Positions 9,781 through 19,410 of a stretch of 19,410 bases of DNA are shown here, in pieces. This DNA comes from Octopus sinensis. Taxonomy: Eukaryota. Within the stretch, counting starts at the first letter, position 1. Each line of letters starts with the position of its first letter. The DNA is taken from positions 1 to 19,410 of the forward strand of contig NW_021824256.1 of the NCBI RefSeq assembly GCF_006345805.1, in the 5' to 3' direction. The translations under genes were made by a program, and so were the position numbers. The notes beneath the pieces are model-generated. The model made no database searches. It was not told the origin of the DNA and was given only the letters and a program-made list of their open reading frames with translations.

Positions 9781-9927
9781 GTGTAGGAGAAATAAAACAA
9801 AACACAGCATTACTCACTAATGGACACCATGTTAATGGTTTTAGCAAATTATAAAGTGAACGGCTTGGAGAGTGTCTCATCTTTATGCGTGTTTCCTTGG
9901 ATTGAATCTGTGTAGGGGGGCATGTTT

Positions 9928-10084
9928 AGGCGCGGCTGTGTGGTTAGATGCCTGCTCCCAAATCTGGTTTCGGGTTCATTTCCACTGCGTGGCTCACCAC
10001 GCACATGTCTTCTACTGTAGCCATTGAACTCTCAAAATCTTCAGGAGTGGATTTGGTAGATGGAAACTGAAAGAAGCCCATCGT
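9928..10084 (+). mobile_element. SINE family A, 5' half
   Basis: AGGCGCGGCTGTGTGGTTAG..GGGTTCATTTCCACTGCGTGG..GTGGATTTGGTAGATGGAAACTGAAAGAAGCCC. Confidence 0.8.
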
Positions 10085-10090
10085 GACTAT

Positions 10091-10428
10091 TCTTTGACTT
10101 GTTTCAGTCATTTGGCTGCGGCCATGTTGGAGCTCCGCCTTTAGTTGAACAAATCGACCCTAGGACTTAATCTTTGTAAGCCTATTAATTATTCTATCAG
10201 TTTCTTTTACAGAACCGCTAGGTTACAGGGACGTAAGCACACCAACATCGATTGTCAAGGGATGGTGGACGGACGAATAAAGACTCAAAAATTTACACAC
10301 ACACATACGACGGGCTTATTTGAGTTTCCATCTATGAAATCCACTCACATCGTTTTGGTCGGCCCTAGGCTATAGCAGAAGACACTCAGCCAAGCTATCT
10401 CGCAACGGGACTGAACCCGGAACCATGT
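10091..10428 (-). mobile_element. SINE family A, reverse copy (duplicate of 33-366)
   Basis: Same sequence and same left and right junctions as 33-366. Confidence 0.9.
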
Positions 10429-10439
10429 CTTTCTTACTC

Positions 10440-11108
10440 ATTTGCGCTATCAGCCCTGTCGTAAGCATTTGAGACAATGATATTCTACTGTCTCACACCC
10501 TACCGTCTTAACCACGGAAAGAATAGAACACACAATACGATGTAAGTAAATCGACGTGATGATCATGACCGAAACGCCTCTAAAACAATGGCGTTTGTTT
10601 TAGAAATGTGTCAAGTACATAAGAATATTCTCTGGGTGTTGCCAGGATATATGAAAAATAAAGTTTTGGTAATATTTTAGAAGTCGAGGACACATGAAAT
10701 CGTGATTAAGGTCATGATTTCAGATCCTGGGACGAGTAGTGTATTGTGCGCAGACCAATTCATCTCATATTGCACAGCGACCATTTCAACACTTGACGTG
10801 TAGGAATGGTGAATAGCTGGAAAATGGATTTATTTTCCGGATATTAAAGAATTTCAGCCAATCACATACATCAAGGGAAAATACTGCCACTCTCGTTTAA
10901 AAAATATAGAGAATTATTACAACAGGATATTTCATTCAGTATGCATTTCGGATAGAACCTGGAAGGTGAGACAAAAAATTTATATGAGGCAATAGAATAT
11001 TCAGATAAGTGGATAAGACTTTTAATTTCTGTAAAAAAATTTGAAACTGAAGTAATATTTGGAGCCAGCTTTATAAAGGTAAACCAATTTTTGTTACTTT
11101 TCTTTTAA
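10440..11108 (+). pseudogene. G3: third GPCR-like copy, 5'-deleted and internally deleted
   Basis: Collinear with 3082-3905. It lacks the ATG/TM1 and the TM3-end to TM4 segment. Confidence 0.4.
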
Positions 11109-11327
11109 TATTTATCATTAATATACACACACATATATATATGATTTATTTTCCCCTTCTTTCTAATACTACGGAACTTAATAGAATAACTTTGTTCCTG
11201 ACAATCATTTGTCGGTGAGCATTTGGTTCCAAGCAACCATAACGTTGTTACACGCACGTCAGAATTATTATTTAAATATTTGTTTGTCCTGTTCATCCTA
11301 TATATAGACTTATACATAAACACACAT

Positions 11328-11488
11328 GCATAGGCGTGGCTACGTGGTAAGAATCATGTTTTGCAAGCAGATAGTTTCACTGCATGGCAATTTGGGAAAG
11401 TCTCTTCTACTATAGCCTAGGACCGACCAAAGCCTTACGAGTGGATTAGGTAGACAGAAACCGAAAAAAGTTCTTTATATATATATAC

Positions 11489-11579
<91 letters not shown>

Positions 11580-11825
11580 CATCTATGTGTGAGTTTGTTT
11601 GTGTATGTGTGTTTCTGTCTTTGCGACTATGTTTGTTACCCTTTCATATCTTGACAGCAGGTTTTTTACGCTCCCCTCCTTAACATTGCGGTTCGGCTAA
11701 AGAGGCCAATAAAATAAGTATTTGGCTTACAAAGAATAAGCCCTGATGTCAATTTAATGGGCTTCAAGGCTTTTGATATAGTACTCCAGCATGGGCGCAG
11801 GCAAATGACTTCAACAAGTAAAAGA
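11328..11825 (+). mobile_element. SINE family A, full-length (duplicate of 4136-4596) with a longer (TA)n
   Basis: Identical flanks and the same diagnostic variants as 4136-4596. Confidence 0.9.
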
Positions 11826-12012
11826 ATTAAAGAAAAAGAATACACATATATGCGTGTGTATACATCTAAATGCGTATAAAATATATCTATGTATTTATAT
11901 ACCTATATATATACGTGTGTGTGTGTGAATGTTTCGCTTCGTACATATGTGCATGTATTCACACACGCATGTAGACACACGCTCGCTTGTACATACATAT
12001 ATACATACATGC

Positions 12013-12047
<35 letters not shown>

Positions 12048-12502
12048 ATATATATATAATATATATATACAAACGTACGTACATACACACACTCACATGC
12101 ACACACACTCATACACACACATATATTTGTGCGCGTTTGTGTATGTATATATATCCTCATGCATCTTTATATAACCATACATGATTACATATGACCCCGC
12201 GTAGCAATTCTTTGTCCTAAAATCCTAGATTGCCACCTACTAAGTGGTTTCTGGATTAGGTACAAGGCCAGTGGTTGTGTTTTTGTGGGGAAGGTCGAAA
12301 GTCGAGTAATTGGACTTCAGCACCTCTGAGAAATGAAAGGCAAAGGGGAGTTCGACAGGAAAGGAACTCAGAACGCAAATAGTGAAATCAATTTTTGTTA
12401 CTTTTCTTTTAAGATTTAACATTTATACACACACACGTATATATGATTTATTTTTCCCTCTCTCTCTATCTTTCTATAACTATGCAACTTAATAGAATAA
12501 CT

Positions 12503-12971
12503 TTGTTACACGCACGTCAGAAATATTATTTAAATATTTGTTTGTCCTGTCCATCGTATATATAGACTTATACATAAACACACATGCATAGGCGTGGCTG
12601 TGTGGTAAGAAACTTGCTCCGCAAGCACGTAGATCCAGATTCAGTTTCCACTGCATGGCATTTTGGGAAATTGTTTTCTACTATAGTCTCGGGATGACCA
12701 AATCTTTGTGAGTGGATTGGGTAGACGGAAACCGAAATTGTTACACGCACGTCAGAAATATTATTTAAATATTTGTTTGTCCTGTCCATCGTATATATAG
12801 ACTTATACATAAACACACATGCATAGGCGTGGCTGTGTGGTAAGAAACTTGCTCCGCAAGCACGTAGATCCAGATTCAGTTTCCACTGCATGGCATTTTG
12901 GAAATTGTTTTCTACTATAGTCTCGGGATGACCAAATCTTTGTGAGTGGATTGGGTAGACGGAAACCGAAA
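12503..12971 (+). repeat. head-to-tail tandem duplication, 235 + 234 bp, each unit ending in a SINE A 5' half
   Basis: 12503-12737 and 12738-12971 are identical by eye except for one G in TTTTGGGAAA versus TTTTGGAAA; TT microhomology at the junction. Confidence 0.95.
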
Positions 12972-15900
12972 TTTTATAGGTTCTGTTGATTTGGGGTAAT
13001 CCTGTATATGTTGAGCTAAAGGGTGAAAGCCGAGCTGAGGCGATTTTCTTCAAAGAATTGAATCTTTCAGGCAACGTCTCCCAGCGATTGAAGATGGCAA
13101 CTGAATTCTGTAAGCTGCTTCTTTCAAGAGATTTTCGTAATTCCATATATTTTCCCCCCATAATTCTGAAGTAGTTAATTCAATCATTTCCACTTCAAAA
13201 CTATCCTGTATATTAGTTTTTGAGCCAAAATGTGAGAGATTAAATGAGTTCGTTTTCAAATCCCTCAAAGTCGGGTTTCATGAGAAATGAAAATATAGGA
13301 GCATCTGTTTCGAAATATTTATCTCACTTGGAAAATTCTTCTTTCAAGTTGCAATATATTTTTGAAGTTCGTTTTTATTAAATATTAAATCGATTTGAAT
13401 AATCTTTTACATTTGGAAAGTATTTTTATGTATTGCTAAATTTATCACGCAAAAAAATCTGATTTTAACAAAATCCTTTCCAATATTCAAAAACATCAAG
13501 TACTGTTTGACCTCTCTCTTGTAAATGCAAATTTTAATCATTCAAGTACCTGTGACTTAGAAGCATCAGTTTAAATAAACCGTCTTCGTTGTTCAATTCT
13601 GGCAACTGTTTCCTTTCAAGAAATATTCTTCTAAGCATGATACAAATCTGTTCAAAACATTACCCCGACAAAGCCAACGGACTGTAAGGACCGTGCGATG
13701 CGAGTTGACAAGAATGGCTCTTTAGTACCACATCACACAGCCCTTACAATAAAGAGAAAATTGATAGTACCATCTATTTGCCAGATGGATAAAGGAGACA
13801 ACCGCGTAGAATGATTAAAAGAAGATTTATTGATATGTTAACAGATGTGTCTGTGTGTGCATCATGTATACTGAACGATAGACATGCCGTCATGAGAACA
13901 GAATGTATGCGTATGGGTTCATAGATGTAGGAGACAATTAGAGGTATATGTTGAACGTGATGTCGTGGCTGTGATGCTGCTGCCTGGGTAACTTGTACAG
14001 GAATTCATACTGGTTGTATATTTGTTGTTGACCCATGATGAAGTAATTCATGAACAGTGAAGTGTTGGAACCTGGGTGCATCGCTTGCAGAGCTGTGTAC
14101 ATAGAGAGATGATGTTGAAGACGTTAAGGACATGGTGATAGCGACGAAGATGGAGGTTGTTGGAATGCTGTTGGACAAAGTTGGTAAGTCTCTGGAACTG
14201 GCTGTGTCTTTGTGGTCAGAGGCTAGTCCTTAAAAGGTCTGGAACCAAAAGACGAAAGGAGAAAAGGGGAGCGTTTATAAGGAGAAGTAGGCCAAAACGG
14301 GGTAGAGAACAGGCTGACTCCGACTGGTTATACGCGGCAGTTTGGCGCGACAAATTGCGCCAATACCAACTAATCAGAGTAGTGGACAGAACGGGATCCA
14401 AATAGCGGCAAAAGGCTAGCTGTTCCGTGCTACTCTCGAATGCACGTATATATAATAAATGGGAGAGAGAAATTTTAACCGAGTCTACGCTGCAGGACTT
14501 TACTGTGAAGTGGGAAGTCTGCATATTCGCTGTCCAGTTCCTGCAGAAGAGACTTAAATTGTCTGTGAGTCAGTGAAGAGCAAGAAACCATGAAGTTAAC
14601 TATTTTAACAACAGTTTCCACGACAGAACTCAAGCTTTGTGACGAAAGTTTTGCAACTAAATTTTCCTGATGTACAATGCAATTAAAACACATTACACTG
14701 CGTGAAATGTGATTTTCAAGACGCTTAATAAATCTTTTTTTCCTTTCCACCCACTGCACGTGCACCACCAGTAGTAATACAAAATATTTTATTTGTATTA
14801 ATGGCTTGATTTTCGAAATAATTTAGAAATGCAGTCAGAATGTCCTGTCCTGTAGATGTATTGGTAAGAGGAATCAAACAACATGATTCTTCGTAAATAC
14901 GATCATTGTCCCAGTATCTTGCAACAATTGCTAGGTGCGCCATGTCATTCACTTGAGTACTTTCATCGATAGGGGTCACTGAATGCAGCAGCATTTTGTA
15001 ATCTAACTTTCTGTGTTATAATTATGTTTTCAGCTATATCAGTTACACGTCTCTCAACTGATCATGCAGAAGTTGGTATTTCTTGAATTCGAGACAGTAT
15101 TTATTCAGCGTTTGCTTAATCACTGAACAAAAGTTTTGCACTTCTCAGAAAATCTTTTTGATAAATTCTCCGACTGTTAAAGGTTTACCTTTCTCAGCTC
15201 TACATTGAGCAATTGTCTAACTACATTATTTGGCTTCATTGTTGGTTCCAAGCATTTGAACAAAAACAGAAGTGCTTTTATTGTAACTAGAAATAGCCCT
15301 TTTTATGATTTGCCTTTTATCATCAGCGTTTTTAGACATAGTCTGGTGTCTAGTTTGATAGTGTCTTTGTACACTTGATGTACGACATACGACAAATTCA
15401 CAGCAGAACGCACACACAACTCGATTTTGTTGTACAAATCCATACTCAGTGCTCCAGAAATCTTGAAACGAACGTCAAATTTTGGTCCTTTGTTATTCAA
15501 TTTGGGGCACTATATATTGATAAGTGATATGACAGGTGTATAAACCCTTAAATTAGGTTCTACAAATAAAAATAACTAAATAAAATAATTAGAATAAAAT
15601 AAATAGTAAAAAAGAATGAAATTAATTTAATGAATTAATTTTTGTAATAATAAAATAATTAGATTAAAATAAATGATATGAATAAACAAAAAAATATATG
15701 CCCAAAAGATCAGACAACTTGACTCCCGAAGGAGAAATTGAAACCTAAGAAAATAACTATAATTTTTGACTTTTCATGTTTATTTCCTTTTGAAAACCCT
15801 ACTCGTTACCGCTTTTTCTTCCCAAAATGAAAGAATAATTTTAAAAGCGTCTACTTATAGACGACCCGCAATGTAGGAGTCCATTTTAAAGAGTGTCTTT

Positions 15901-16342
15901 ATTTAGACTGGCTGCTGTAAAGTGGTTAACCAAGTTTAACATATTATGATCTGCACTGCTAAATATACAGCCGAGTTCGAAACAACAAGCGTTCGCACCT
16001 CTAGCTCCCGGCTTCAGTAATAAAGTCCATAGAAATGCTTTCAGCACCAGCTTACAAACAAATTAATTGTGCTAACATTCATAATTTCGTATCAAAATTG
16101 TGTTCAGTAGTTCTATATGTTTAAGGAAATGTAATATTACCAAATACAACTAACTTCAGATAGTTTAGGCTAGAATAGATGGATCGTAAAAAAGATATGT
16201 AATTTAATTATTATGATGTCGCTTCCTCAGAGTTAGTTATAAATAAAATTTTACTTTTAGTTTTTGCCAAGTGGTGTGCATGCCATTGTGAATTGTTCCG
16301 CGTGCTACACATGACACGCGTGCCACAGGTTACAGACGCCTC
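12972..16342 (-). mobile_element. hAT DNA transposon (Charlie/SPIN/GTF2IRD2-like), decayed transposase, 3' end lost
   Basis: Minus peptides: RSFQDFWSTEYGFVQQNRVVCAFCCEFVVCRTSSVQRHYQTRH (BED-like zinc finger, ~15330-15460); IDESTQVNDMAHLAIVARY; FCITTGGA; CIVHQENLVAK; VVKIVNF..HRQFKSLLQELDSEYADFPLHSKV|RWLCRGNVF; RWETLPERFNSLKKIASARLSPFSSTY (dimerisation domain). The 5' terminus GAGGCGTCTGTAACCTGTGGCACGCG ends at 16342, next to GTCTAGAC. Confidence 0.92.
13683..14494 (-). mobile_element. 812-bp solo LTR (probably Ty3/Gypsy-type) inserted in the hAT transposase
   Basis: TG...CA termini (TGTAAGG at 13683, CTGCA at 14494) with a perfect 4-bp TSD GGAC (13679-13682 and 14495-14498). Removing it restores the PLHSKV-RWL frame. 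Minus-strand TATAAA (14274-14279) and AATAAA (13826-13831) suggest the orientation. Confidence 0.8.
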
Positions 16343-16583
16343 GTCTAGACACTACAAGGAAAACCTCCAGACGTCTGAAGATGTTCAGCTATCCGGAACG
16401 TGTCGAGGCATAAACAGCCACCAGACTGAGGACACCTCCGTTACTACTGTTCACGACGTCCAGGACCACCAACTTACCTTCTGGGTCCAGGAAGATAATC
16501 TTTGTGTTGAGATCCAGGCGTCTCTGGGACAACACTGCCATTCCACCCCCGCCCCCCTCATTCCCGTTTGACATGGAAATAAA
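16343..16583 (-). mobile_element. L1/Tx1-type LINE ORF2 APE endonuclease fragment
   Basis: ISMSNGNEGGGGGMAVLSQRRLDLNTKIIFLDPEGKLVVLDVVNSSNGGVLSLVAVYASTRSG*LNIFRRLEVFLVVSR carries the GG.AVL, GRL..LD and VYAP-type APE motifs. Confidence 0.8.
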
Positions 16584-16585
16584 TA

Positions 16586-17715
16586 TCAGGCTGAGTAAAA
16601 AGTAAGCAACGTTTTGAAACATGAAATTCATCACAATGTATTCCACCAATGCGGAAATTTTATTCATCAAAGTCTGTACCATTAATATAAACACATTTTT
16701 GCCAATGAGTTACAAAGTTTGTTTATTCCGTTAACATAAAAATCTGGAGTTCTGGAGTTGATGGACTCTTTGAACGCGCTTTCAGCATCGTTTTGATTTT
16801 TCAACTCCTTCTCTCGAAGGAAACCATAAAGATACTTGAAAAAGTGGTAGTCGTTGGGAGAAAGGTCTTGGGAATAGGCTGAGTAGGGAATATCTTCGTA
16901 GCCAGATTCCCTAAACCTCTGGGGCGTCATTAGTGAAACGTGTGGTCGAGTATTGTCATGAAGAATGATTGGCCCTCTTCTGTTGACCAGTCTGAGACAG
17001 AGGAGTAGCAGTTTTTCGTTCATATTGGCAATTTCTTGGTAATATGTTTCTGCAGTAATGGATTTTCTGGGTTTTAATAAGTTATAGTGGATGAGTCCAA
17101 CAAGCACATCACTAAACAATCACCATAATCTCTTTTTTGAAGAGATCGGTTTAGGGAAGCTTTTCGGTGCTTCATTTGGGTCCATCCACTGCGAAAAACA
17201 TTTTCTATTATTATACAGAATCTACTTTTCATCGCAAATACGGTCAAGAATTGGATCGGTCTGGTTTCATCGAAGAAGCGACGAGCACATTTCATAAGTT
17301 CACATTTTCTGATTTTCATTCAAATCGTGTGGTACTCAAATGTCGAGCTTTTCTGATTTTCCGATCGCATGCAAATGGTTTCAGGCATTTTCTGGCTGAC
17401 TTGAAGTTCTTTGCCAGTTCTCGAGTGGTTTTACGTGGGTCTTTCTCAATGACAATCTTCAGTTGACCGTCATACGATGACAGACGGGCGTCCACTACGC
17501 TCAAGATCTTCAGGTTTCCACTGCTAAATCGTTTAAGCCATTTTCAAACTGACCACTCACTGGTCATTTCCTCACCAAACGTTTCGTTGACATCGTGAGC
17601 AGTTTCAGCTGCTTTACATCCTTTTTTGATGTTGAATAGCAAAATTGCTCGAATATCGCGCTTTGACAGTTGCATTTCAGATGATTGCAACAACGGTGAA
17701 AAAATATCAATGTTA
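16586..17715 (-). mobile_element. mariner (DD34D) transposon, decayed transposase 16682-17675, one TIR retained
   Basis: MQLSKRDIRAILLFNIKKGCKAAETAH.. HTH; VPHDL (WVPHEL motif); CDEK; LHDNTRPH..YSQDLSPNDYHFF, with 34 residues counted between the last two Asp. TA plus TIR-like TCAGGCTGAGTAAAAAGTAAG at 16584-16606; no matching TIR found near 17715. Confidence 0.92.
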
Positions 17716-17719
17716 ATTA

Positions 17720-18700
17720 TTGTTGCATTTGGGAAAGTCTATGTCTGAATTGTCTGTGTGTTTGGTTCTGTTTCTTTTTCTTTTGTGTGTTCAGGCGACC
17801 TCTTGCCATTTTGGTCTTTCGTCGTCCCTATCCGCGCAAGGTATGTCTGAGTGCTCCGAACAGGGAGGGGCAAATCTTGTAGAGCTTTTGGCGTTGTCCT
17901 ATTCATAACGTTGTTGCTTTTTTGGTGGCGGGGACCGGGGTTGATGCTGTTGTTTTTGCTGCTGCCCGTGCTGCTGCGATTACTGTTGCTGCTACTGTTA
18001 CTATTGATTTTGTAGCCGCGATCGTCACCTGCCTCTGTTGGTGCTGTTGCTATTGTTGTTATTGTTGCTGTGGTGGTGGCGGTGGTGGTGGTGTTGATGA
18101 TGTTGGCAAAATTGAGAGGCTCCTTTCTCTAATTTGTTGTGGGCAATAGAAGAATTTTAGATGATTTGTGTCCCCACACAGATGATACCGAAACCATCAG
18201 CTTTCAAAGGCCACGTGGAGGTTGGTGCCACCGTGTGAATTTATGATATCTGGAATTGTGTCCAGATTTTGGCTGTCCATTTTCACCCACAATTTTAGGC
18301 CTTGACCCGAATAGTTTTGTTAGTAAAGTTTCCGCATCTGTAAGATGCTCGTTTTGACCTATATGTCCAAGAGGACATCTACCACCAAGAATCAGCTGTC
18401 TATTTCTGGTGGTGTGTCTTCTTTTTTAGGGTCAAAGTGGATTGATTCCTTGCCTTCTCTTCATTTTTCTGTTATGTTTTTGTTGGTGCTGATAGTTGTG
18501 ATGTTGTTGTTGTTGTTGCTGCTACTGCTGCTGCTGTCTTTGCTTTGTTTCTCAAAAATATTAACAAGCGGAGGTGACAAAATGTCAAAACGGATGATGT
18601 AAGAACCTTTACTTGCCTCGATTTGGGAAGCCAGACTGAACTTTTTCTTTTTAAATATAAATTTGTAGTTTTTAAAACTCAAAATTCGCCTTTAAGGGGC
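17720..18700 (-). mobile_element. L1/Tx1-type LINE ORF1 (gag-like), decayed
   Basis: Minus peptides ..SLASQIEASKGSYIIRF.., TPPEIDS*FLVVDVLL..LDTIPDII..LHVAFES*WFRYHLCGDTNHLKFFYCP (CCHC knuckle with the first Cys changed to Tyr), then a low-complexity P/Q/T/A tail. Same strand as, and upstream of, the APE fragment at 16343-16583. Confidence 0.7.
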
Positions 18701-18856
18701 GAATTCTGGCCACCGCAGCTAGCCCCGCTTACAGCGAGGTGGGTTCTGTGGTCAATAAAATTTTGAAAACAACATTGTAACAACAAATTCTAAAGAAAAC
18801 TTAGAGCTCCGAACAACTAGTCTCCAAACCGACACAATAATAATAATAACAATAAA

Positions 18857-19050
18857 GAAATGGAGAAACTTTCAAAATACAAAGACCTGGAAATAGAGGT
18901 AACTCGAACGAGGAATCTAAAAACAGAAACAATTCCTATCATAGTAAGTGCATTAGGCATGATAAAAAATTATTCAGACAAATACATAACAAAAACACAA
19001 GGATTTACAAACACATATAACATACAGAAAATTGCATTGTTGAATTATTC
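18857..19050 (+). mobile_element. second R4/Dong-type RLE fragment (different subfamily)
   Basis: MEKLSKYKDLEIEVTRTRNLKTETIPIIVSALGMIKNYSDKYITKTQGFTNTYNIQKIALL is homologous to 8134-8401; preceded by (AAT)n at ~18836-18856. Confidence 0.8.
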
Positions 19051-19058
19051 TTTTAGAA

Positions 19059-19410
19059 CAGTATTTCTCAACGAGGATATCAGAGGAGAGTTTCAGGGAG
19101 TCGCTAGCGATATATTGTGATGATCAAAAATCCTGCCTGCTAAAATTTGGTTAGTGATTCAAACTGCAGACTCAACGCAAAATGGTCACATTTAATTCAA
19201 AGCGTTAAAAATGGTATGAAAACAATTGGTATGAGTTCACAAAGTCCAAACGATTAATACGAAAAAACCCTCCAGGCTACATTCCGAAAATTCATTTCTT
19301 TGCCGAATTTCTACAATGCTTACGGCGATTCGTCTTGCTTTTTTTATTTTTCATGCAATTTACGCATGCTTGCACGCGTGGTGAACACAGTTCACGTCAA
19401 ACAGCTGACT
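19059..19410 (+). mobile_element. probable terminus of another hAT element running off the window
   Basis: CAGTATTTCTCAAC resembles the hAT TIR type CAGTG.TTCTCAAC. It is preceded by TTTTAGAA (one mismatch from NTCTAGAN), and the RLE homology stops at this point. Confidence 0.5.

Larger units (their letters stand above)
10058..12737 (+). repeat. segmental duplicate of 1-5452 lacking 377-3081
   Basis: 10058-10439 matches 1-376. 10440-12384 matches 3082-5185, with a further ~155-bp deletion corresponding to ~3222-3376. 12385-12737 matches 5186-5452. Unique sequence, SINE junctions and microsatellite positions are all collinear. Confidence 0.9.

Noticed and set aside
12503-12971. CRISPR-like or satellite array
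   Set aside because: Only two long identical units with no spacers, in a eukaryotic TE context.
12568-13161. Longest ORF (197 aa, minus strand) as a novel gene
   Set aside because: It is a chimera of the hAT C-terminus read into antisense SINE and flank sequence; the repeated peptide comes from the in-frame 234-bp duplication.
14157-14524. ORFs inside the 812-bp insertion
   Set aside because: No gag/pol or other recognisable motifs; short ORFs are expected by chance in GC-richer LTR sequence.
17922-18602. Plus-strand Ala/Cys/Gly- and Leu-rich ORFs
   Set aside because: They are the antisense reading of low-complexity tracts in the minus-strand LINE ORF1.

Overview
AT-rich, microsatellite-dense eukaryotic DNA made mostly of decayed transposable elements. 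The SINE families and the (TA)n/(CA)n/(AAT)n load suggest a coleoid cephalopod, probably Octopus (inference, not verified). I found no intact protein-coding gene, RNA gene or CRISPR array. Left 13 kb: a segmentally duplicated block (1-5452 recurs at 10058-12737 with a 2.7-kb deletion). It carries three near-copies of a ~0.95-kb frameshifted sequence that reads as an intronless class A (rhodopsin-like) GPCR pseudogene, alongside more divergent paralog fragments, two tRNA-derived SINE families, an L1/Tx1-type endonuclease relic and an R4/Dong-type retrotransposon 3' end sitting in (AAT)n. Right 6.5 kb: a nested TE stack. An L1/Tx1 LINE is split by a DD34D mariner and cut by a hAT (Charlie/SPIN-like) element, which itself carries an 812-bp TG..CA solo LTR with a 4-bp TSD. 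All protein reconstructions were done by hand across frameshifts. The TE calls are well supported. The GPCR call is moderate and needs a profile search. I see no convincing previously undescribed system; the best lead is a dead receptor cluster.
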